Below are positions 55,980-64,000 of a DNA stretch of 64,000 bases, piece after piece. The notes under the pieces are model-generated. The model did not search any database and was not told where the DNA came from. It saw nothing but the letters and a program-made list of their open reading frames with translations. Each line of letters starts with the position of its first letter. The first letter of the stretch is position 1. A program made the position numbers and the translations under genes. Source of the stretch: Squalus acanthias (taxonomy: Eukaryota); contig CM059441.1 of NCBI GenBank assembly GCA_030390025.1, positions 63,736,001-63,800,000 on the forward strand, written 5' to 3'.

Positions 55980-56237
55980 TTTCGGTGGGAATTCTAACGG
56001 GCGGAGACCGTGAGCTGCCCAGGGCACTTGTTGCTTTGCAGTAGTAGGAGATTTCCTCTCCGATGTCAAAGGGAACAGTAATAGTTTGAGCAACTTTTCT
56101 CAGATCAGTATCTTTTCCGTTGGAGACCTTGGACCAGGAGAAACTGTGGACTGCTGGGTTACCCTCACTGGAACAACTCAGGGAAATCATATTTCCTTTT
56201 ATGAATGTCATTCTGACGAGAGTGTTTTGAGGAAAGT
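55980..56237 (-). CDS. Gene B exon: Ig C2-type domain
   Basis: tttccaag|ACTTTCCT ... ACCGAAA|gtgagt; phase 1-1, 258 bp; YFPQNT..ISLSCSSEGNPAVHSFSWSK..SYYCKATSALG. Confidence 0.92.
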
Positions 56238-56279
56238 CTTGGAAATACAAAAGTTATCAACACATTAAAGTACTGAGCT

Positions 56280-56810
56280 AAAGTCAGGAGTGTGATGGGG
56301 TGCTCACCACTTGCCTGGAGGGGTGCATTCTGAAAAAACGCTCAAGAAGCTCGACACCATGCCGGACAAAGCAGTCCACTTGATCAGCAGCCCATCCACC
56401 ACCTTAAACATTCACTCCCTCCACCACCGGCGCACCGTGGCTACAGTGTGTACCACCTACAAGATGCACTGCAGCAACTCGCCAAGGGTCCTTCAGCAGC
56501 ACCTCCCAAACCTGCGATCTCCACACCCAGAAGGACAAGGGCAACAGGCGCATGGGAACACCATCGCCTCCAAATTCCCCTCCGAGTCACGCACACACCA
56601 TCCCAATTTGGAGATATATCGGCTGTTCCTTCATCGTCGCTGGGTCAAAAACCTGGAACTCTCAACCTAACAGCACTGAGGGAGCACCTTTGCCATCGGA
56701 ACTGCAGCGGTTCAAGAAGGCAGCTCACCACCACCTTCTCAAGAGGCAACTGGGGATGGGCAATAAATGCCAGCCTTGCCAGTGATGCCCACATCCCGAG
56801 AATAAATTTA
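56280..56810 (+). mobile_element. LINE family B 3' fragment
   Basis: TLKKLD..DKAVHLI..LNIHSLHHRRTVA..YKMH. Confidence 0.82.
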
Positions 56811-56949
56811 AAAAGAGTGAACCCAAGGGAGTTTAACATCTAATATGTGAGTCTCGGACTTTGGCTGGGGAGGCATACAAGTTGGGACTGGATAGAGCTC
56901 CAACACTAGCATGTGTACAAACTGCACTGTGTTCCTGTTTAGAGACTGA

Positions 56950-57425
56950 TTTTACATAGAATTACATAGAATGTACAGCACAGAAACAGGCACAACTGGT
57001 CCATGCCGATGTTTATGCTCCACACGAGTCTCCTCACACCCTACTTCCTCTCACCCTATCAGCATATCCTTCTATTCCTTTCTCCCTCATGTGTTTATCT
57101 AGCTTCCCCTTAAATGTATCTGTGCCATTCGCCTCAACCACTCCATGCAGTAACGAGTTCCACAATTTCATCAGTCTCTGGGTAAAGCAATTAGTGACTA
57201 ACCTATATTTATGGCCCCTAGTTTTGGACTCCCCCCACAAGTGGAAACATCTTCTCAACGTCGACCCTATCGAAATGCTTCATAATTTTAAAGAGCTCTA
57301 TCAGGTAACCCATTAACCTTCTCTTTTCTAGAGAAAAGAGCCCCAGCTTATTCAGTCTTTCCTGATAATAACCTTTCAGTTCTGGTACCATCCTTGTGAA
57401 TCTTTTTTTGCACCTTCTCGAGTGC
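56950..57425 (-). mobile_element. CR1 3' fragment
   Basis: ORF 57034-57258 SKTRGHKY..LWNSL..FKGKLDK. Confidence 0.75.
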
Positions 57426-57487
57426 CTAATTTAATATGTGACCAACTGCACCTGTAACGCAAACAAGACTTGATAGCCAATACTTAC

Positions 57488-57775
57488 ATTTTACACTTAA
57501 GGTGACGGAGTTCACCAGTTGATGGCTGGTTTCAGGGTAGTCGGACGTACAGAGAACAGTTAGCCCGTGATGCTTGAACGAAGGGTTAAAGGTCAGCACA
57601 GTGGAAACCTCGCCACTGTTCTTGGTGATGGTGTTGACAGTGGAATCTGGCAAATCACTCCAGGTTAGAATGGGACGATTATCAGGGCAGGCGTAGAGGG
57701 ATCTGCAGATTATATTCGTGGGTGTCCCTTCGCTTATATCCTCTGGGAGTGATATGTCGGGTCTATCCGGATCAT
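57488..57775 (-). CDS. Gene B exon: Siglec domain-2-type C2 Ig domain
   Basis: ttattgttcag|ATGATCCG ... GTAAAAT|gtaagt; phase 1-1, 288 bp; PDISLPEDISEGTPTNIICRSLYACPDNRPILTW..STVLTFNPSFKHHGLTVLC; the extra Cys (C-x5-CP) is the Siglec d1-d2 disulfide position. Confidence 0.92.
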
Positions 57776-57869
57776 CTGAACAATAAGAAAGATACAGAGG
57801 TTGGCAGTCAAACAGAACAGAGCTGTCGATCCAATGATTCGCTTGGGCTTGTCCTATGATTTTTCAAAG

Positions 57870-58215
57870 AATCATAGAAACTTACAGCACAGAAGGAGGC
57901 CATTCGGCCCGTCGTGCCTGTGCTGGCTCTTTGAAAGAGCAGTCGTGTTTAGTCCCACATCTTCGCTTTTTGTCCGTAACCCTGTGAGTTCCTCATCCTC
58001 AATACCTGTCCAACTCCCTTTAAAATTATTTATGGAATCAGCTTCCACCACCTTTTCAGGTAGAGGGTTCCAGATCCTGACAACTCTCTGAGTGAAAACA
58101 TTTATCCTTATCTTCCCTTGAGATCTTTCTCCAATGATTTTGAATCTATGACCTCTGGTTATTGACCCACGCACCAGAGGGAATAATTTTTCTACATCTA
58201 CTCTATCAAAACCTA
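57870..58215 (-). mobile_element. CR1 3' fragment
   Basis: ORF 57872-58174 SITRGHRFK..FTQRVVRIWN. Confidence 0.78.
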
Positions 58216-61200
58216 GTGAGTATTTCTACAGTCCAGTCTTTAAAGTAAAAGTAAGGTCTCTAGTTTAGAGTAAGTAGTGTTTAATGGGAAGTAATGTCCC
58301 TAGTGTATTTAATATTCTTTAATTTAAAGGAAGTAAAGGCAGTAAATTAAGGGTAGGACATCGCAGGGCAGCTCGGCAGCGTGGAGTGCTCCTCCTGTGC
58401 TATGTGGGAAGTTAGGGACACTTTTGGTGTCCAGGGCGAACACATGTGCAGGAAGTGTCTCCAGCTGCAGCTACTCGAAATCCACGTTTCGACGCTGGAG
58501 CTGCGGCTGGAGTCACTGTGGCGCATCCGCGAAGCTGAGATCTTCGTGGATAGCACGTTTAACGAGGTGGTCACATTGCAGGTAAAGAGTGCACAGGCAG
58601 ACAGGGAATGGGTGACCACCAGACAGAGTAAAAGAACTAGGAAGGTAGTGCAGGAGTCCCCTGGGTCCATCTCCCTCTCCAACAGATTTTGCTTTTTGGA
58701 TACTGCTGGGGGAGATGGTTTCTCAGGGGAATGCAGCAAGAGCCAAGTCCGTGGCACTACGAGTGGCTCAGCTGCACAAGAGGGGAGGAAAAAGAGTGGG
58801 AGAGCAATAGTGATAGGGGATTCTATCGTAAGGGGAACAGATAGACGTTTCTGTGGCCGCAGACGTGACTCCAGGATGGTATGTTGCCTCCCTGGTGCCA
58901 GGGTCAAGGATGTCACTGAACGGCTGCAGGGCATTCTGAAGAGGGAGGGCGAATAGTCAGAGGTCGTGGTTCACATTGGTACCAACGACATGGGTGGAAA
59001 GAGGGATGAGGTCCTGCAACAAGAATTTAGGGAGCTAGGTAGCAGATTAAAAAGCAGGACCTCAAAGGTTGTAATCTCTGGATTACTCCCGGTGCCATGT
59101 GCTAGTGAGCATAGGAATAGGAGGATAGAGCAGATGAATGCGTGGCTAAAGAGTTGGTGCAGGAGGGAGGGTTTTAGTTTCCTGGATCACTGGGTCTGCT
59201 TCTGGGGAAGATGGGATCTGTACAAGTAGGACGGGTTGAACCTGAACCGGAACGGGACCAACATCCTTGCGGGGAGGTTTGCTTGCACCCCCTCCCTATC
59301 TCTGTAACCTCCTCCAACCCTACAATCCTCTGAGATCTCTACCTTCCACCAACTCTGGTCTCTTGTGCCTTCCCGAATTCATCGCTCCACCAATGGCAGC
59401 CATGCCTTCAGCCATCTAGTCCCTAAGCTCTGGAACTCCCTTCCTAACGCTTGGGGTTGGAAAAGAGGTCAGAATTGGTAGAGCACAGAGATCCTAATTT
59501 TAGTGAGAAGTCACCATAACCACAACACAGCAGCACTTAGAACAGACAAACAGTTGAGCCTTCACCCTTTCTGCCCATTCTCACCATGATAGCAAACATG
59601 ATAAAGGTGCAACATATGTTAAAAATAAAAAGCGACAAGCCAGGAAGTCTATAAAAGAGACATAAATACAGAGTTGCACTGTTTGCCTCTGATCTGCTGT
59701 GCAGTTAAATTTCACAGAATCTATGGGCTAGAAATTCATTATAGCCAAGGAATGGGCGGTGTCAGTAGAAAGGTTGGCGAATCAGCGCCAGGCGCAATTG
59801 CTTTAGACTGCACGCAAAATTCGTGCTCACTGCTGGGGGTTTAAACTAACTTGGCAGGGGGATGGGATACGGAGTGGAGCTATAGTAGGGGGTGATGCAC
59901 AGCCAAATATAGAGGAAAAAACAAGGCAGCCTGGAAGGCAGAGCAAATATGTAATGGCACAAGGGAGTATGGCAAGGCTGGATGGCATTTATTTTAATGC
60001 AAGGAGTCTTGCGAGTAAGGCAGATGAATTGAAGGTGTTGATGAACACATGGGAGTATGATATTGTTGCTATCACAGAGACATGGTTGAGGGAGGGGCAG
60101 GACTGGCAGCTCAATATTCCAGGGTATAGAATCTTCAAGCGAGACAGAGGGGGGTGTAAAAGATAAGGGGGTGTCGCAATATTAATCAAGGAATCAATTA
60201 CTGCTGTAAGGAGGCATGATATCTTAGCAGGTTCCTCTAATGAGGCCATATGGGTAGAACTTAAAAACAAAAAGGGGGCAAGCACTTTGCTGGGAGTGTA
60301 CTAGAGGCCCCAAAACAGTCAGGGGGAGATAGAGGAACAGGTATGTAGGCAAATCTCAGAGAAGTGTAGTAATAATAGGGTAATAATAGTAGGGGATTTC
60401 AACTTCCCCAATATTAATTGGGATAGTCAGAGTGTGAAAGGCTTAGAGGGTGCGGAATTCTTAAAGTGCATCCAGGAGAGCTTTTTGAGCCAGCATGTAG
60501 AAAGTCCTGCAAGAGAGGGGGCGGTTCTGGACCTAATTCTAGGGAATGTAGCTGGGCAAGTGGTAGAAGTGTCAGTAGGAGAGCATTTTGGTGACAGTGA
60601 CCATAATTCGGTGAGATTTAAGGTAGTCATGGAAAAGGACAAAGACGGACCGGAAATAAAGGTTCTAAATTGGGGGAAGGCCGATTTTAATATGATAAGG
60701 CAGGATCTGGCCAAAGTGGACTGGGATCAGCTACTTGTAGGAAAATCCACATCAGTGCAGTGGGAGTCTTTCAGAAAGGAAATAGAGAGAGTACAATGCC
60801 AACATGTTCCCGTAAAGGTCAAGGGTGGGACCAACATGCCCAGGGAACCCTGGATGTCAAAGGATATACAAGAATGGATTAGGGAAAAAAGGGAGGCTTT
60901 TGGCAGATACAAAGGACTAAAACCAGTGGAAGCCCTAGAGGAATATAGAAAGTGCAGGGGGGTACTTAAAAAAGAAATTAGGAGAGCGAAGAGGGGGCAT
61001 GAAAAAACACTGGCGTGCAAAATAAAGGAAAATCCCAAGGTGTTTTATAAGTATATTAAGGGCAAGAGGATAAGCCGGGAAAGAGTAGGGCCCATTAGGA
61101 ACCAAAGTGGCAATCTGTGTGTAGAGCCGGAAGATGTAGGTGAGGTTTTAAATGAATATTTTGCATCTGTGTTCACTATGGAGAAGGACGATATAGGCAT

Positions 61201-62862
61201 AGAATCAGGCAGGGGGATTGTGATATACTTGAACAAATTAGTATTGAGAGGGAGGAGGTACTAGCGGTTTTAGCGGGCTTAAAAGTGGATAAATCCCCAG
61301 GCCCAGACGAGATGTATCCCAGGCTGCTGTGTGAGGCAAGGGAGGAGATTGCAGGGGCTCTGACACAAATTTTCAGAACCTCTCTGGCCACAGGGGATGT
61401 GCCAGAGGACTGGAGGACAGCTAACATAGTATCATTATGCAAGAAGTGTAGTAGGGATAAACCAGGGAATTACAGGCCAGTGAGCCTAACATCAGTGGTA
61501 GGGAAATTATTGGAAAAATTCAGAGGGACAGAATTAGTCTCCACTTGGAGAGGCAAGGATTAATCAAGGATAGTCAGCATGGCTTTGTCAGGGGGAGATC
61601 ATGTCTAACCAATTTGATTGAATTTTTCGAGGTGGTGACTAGGTGTGTGGATGAGGGTAGTGCAGTTGATGTAGTCTACATGGACTTCAGTAAGGCTTTT
61701 GACAAAGTCCCACATGGGAGACTGGTCAAAAAGGTAAGAGCCCATGGGATCCAGGGCAATTTGGCACATTGGATCCAAAATTGGCTTAGGTGGCAGGAGG
61801 CAGAGGGTGATGGTCGAAGGTTGTTTTTGTGACTGGAAGCCTGTGTCCAGTGGTGTACCGCAGGGATCGGTGCTGGGTCCTTTGCTGTTTGTAGTGTACA
61901 TTAATGATTTAGATATGGATGTAGGAGGTATGATCAGTAAATTCGCAGATGACACGAAAATTGGTGGAGTGGTAAATAGCGAGGAGGGAAGCCTCAGGCT
62001 GCAGGACGATATAGATGGGTTGGTCAGATGGGCAGAACAGTGGCAAATGGAATTTAACCCTGAAAAGTGTGGGGTGATGCATTTTGGGAGGGCTAACAAG
62101 GCAAGGGAATAAACAATGAATGGTAGGACCCTAGGAAGGACAGTGGATCAGAGGGACCTTGGTGTGCATGTACATAGATCCCTGAAGGCAGCAGGACAGG
62201 TAGATAAGGTGGTTAAAAAGGCATATGGGATACTTGCTTTCATTAGCCGAGGCATAGAATATAAGAGCAGGGAGGTTATGATGGAGCTGTACAAAACGCT
62301 AGTTAGGCCACAGCTGGAATACTGTGTGCAGTTCTGGTCGCCACACGAGAGGAAGGATGTAATTGCATTGGAGAGGGTGCAGAGGAGATTCACCAGGATG
62401 TTATCTGGGCTGGAGCGCTTCAGCTATGAAGAGAGACTGGACAGGCTGGGGTTGTTTTCCTTAGAGTTGAGAAGGCTGAGGGGGGACCTGATTGAGGTGC
62501 ACAAAATTATGAGGGCCATAGATAGGGTAGATAGAAAGGAATTTTCCCCTTAGTGGAGAGGTCAATAACCAGGGAGCATAGTTTCAAGGTAAGGGGCAGG
62601 AGGTTTAGAGGGGATTTGCGGAAAAACATTTTCACCCAGAGGGTGGTTGGAATCTGGAACTCACTGCCTGAAAGGGTGGTAGAGGCAGGAAACCTCACAA
62701 CATTCAAGAAGCATTTAGATGAGCACTTGTAACGCCATAGCATACAAGGCTATGGACCAAGTGCTGGAAAATGGGATTAGAATAGACAGGGCTTGATGGC
62801 TGGCGCGGACACGATGGGCCGAAGGGCCTCTTTCGGTGCTGTATAACTCTATGACTATGACT
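58216..62862 (+). mobile_element. Near full-length degraded CR1 (ORF1 + ORF2)
   Basis: ORF1 then ORF2 fragments 59954-62750 with stops and frameshifts; 3' end ctctatgactatgac. Confidence 0.92.
58381..59280 (+). pseudogene. CR1 ORF1: zinc finger/leucine zipper + SGNH esterase
   Basis: CSSC..CRKC, heptad Leu run, GDSIVR, PGA, HIGTND, WDLYK*DGLNLN; stops at 58954 and 59227. Confidence 0.85.
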
Positions 62863-63150
62863 CTCATTATCTTGAAAACCTCTATTAGGTCACCTCTTAA
62901 CCTTCTCTGTTCCAAGGAGAACAGTCCTAACTTTTCCAACCTCTCCACATAACTGAAGTCCCTCATCCCATGTAACATCCTGGTAAACCTCCTTTGTACC
63001 ATTTCTAAGGCCTTTACATCTTTCCTGATGTGTGGGGCCCAGAATTGTCCACAATACTCCAGCTGAGGCCGAACCTGTGATTTATAAAGTTCGAGCATGA
63101 CCTCCTTGCTTTTGTACTCTGTGCCTCCTCGATCTCTGAAGCCCAAGGAG
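62863..63150 (-). mobile_element. CR1 fragment
   Basis: EYKSKEVMLELYKSQVRPQLEYC..LRGDLIEVFKIM. Confidence 0.8.
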
Positions 63151-63314
63151 CTTTATATGCTTATCTCATCTTCTGGTCAATCTTGAACCTCGGGCTTCTC
63201 AAAAAGGGAAGGACTGTTCCTGACACAGTTGCTGAGGGCAATGTTTTGCAAACGGTTTTGCATTCCCCGCGTTGACATCCCACAACCTGTTCCAGCAAAG
63301 TGACCGAACTAAAA

Positions 63315-63720
63315 AGAAGTCTTACATTTCTATAGCACCTTTCACAACCTCAGTATGTCCCAAAGTGCGTTACAGCCAATTAAGTAGTTTTGAAGTGTAG
63401 TTACTGTTGTAATGTAGGCAACGCAGTAGCCCATTTGCACAGAGCAAGCTCCCACAAACACCAATGTGACAATGACTGGATCATTTTTTTTTAGTGATAT
63501 TGGTTGAGGGACAAATATTGGCCCAGGACACGAGGGAGAACTTCCCTGCTCTTCTTCCAATCAACCTGAGAGGGCAGACGATGCCTCAGTTTAACATCTC
63601 ATCTGAAAGAGTGTCAGCCTGGATTTTGAGCTCAAGTCTCCTCGAGTGGGACTTGAACCCACGACCTCACAGGCGAGAGAGCGAGAATGCTAAACCCATT
63701 GAGCTACGGTTGACACTGAC
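63315..63720 (-). mobile_element. Deu-domain SINE (internally deleted)
   Basis: acagccaattaagtag...cttccctgctcttc...gggacttgaaccc. Confidence 0.78.
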
Positions 63721-63750
63721 AAACTAAGTGTCAAAGGAACTGAGACTTAC

Positions 63751-64000
63751 GGATAACCTGTAGCTGGACGGGTTCTGTGAAAGTATGATCCTTGAAGCCC
63801 TCCAAATCCACATAGAAGTAATACATGCCACTGTCATCGGGTCTGAGATTATTGATCCTCAGGGAGCAATTCTTCTGCTTCAGGTCTCCAACTATTTTGG
63901 CTCGTCCCACGAATTTGTCCATCGCATATTTGGGATCTTTGGTGTAGTAGACTGTATACTTCCAGTAATACCAGTAGTTAAACCAGGCTCCATGCAGGGC
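63751..64000 (-). CDS. Gene B exon (partial): N-terminal Siglec/MAG-type V-set Ig domain
   Basis: Open from the window edge: ALHGAWFNYWYYWKYTVYYTKDPKYAMDKFVGRAKIVGDLKQKNCSLRINNLRPDDSGMYYFYVDLEGFKDHTFTEPVQLQVI|gtaagt (phase 1); E-strand Cys (NCSL) and no F-strand Cys, as in Siglecs. Confidence 0.92.

Overview
Vertebrate genomic DNA, almost certainly from a shark (cartilaginous fish), judged from its repeats: Deu-domain tRNA-derived SINEs, CR1 and L2 LINEs, and PIF/Harbinger elements. Most of the window is repeat. The host content is two convergent (tail-to-tail) spliced genes for MAG/Siglec-like Ig-superfamily type I membrane receptors, reconstructed by hand from splice sites. Gene A (+ strand, 5' part outside the window) has exons 1448-1723, 4143-4436, 6737-6833 (TM), 8129-8210 and 14644-14886, and ends in an ITIM (LLYANI) plus an ITSM-like motif (TEYARI). 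Gene B (- strand, starts beyond 64000) has a V-set exon 63751-64000, C2 exons 57488-57775, 55980-56237 and 54785-55090, a TM exon 51610-51730, a frame-incompatible cytoplasmic exon 49519-49631 and a terminal exon 38161-38277 (YENC, SVYGNV). Its V domain has Tyr where Siglecs have the essential sialic-acid-binding Arg. The window also holds a decayed two-gene Harbinger transposon (DDE transposase plus a spliced Myb/SANT gene), a Harbinger-type MITE family with covarying internal hairpins, and one uninterrupted CR1 ORF2. There are recurrent 33-bp minisatellite expansions inside SINEs, a 3.5-kb 42-bp satellite built from a CR1 3' end, and an unexplained 1.8-kb LTR-like block. Exon, TIR and stop coordinates were read base by base; boundaries of degraded repeats are approximate.
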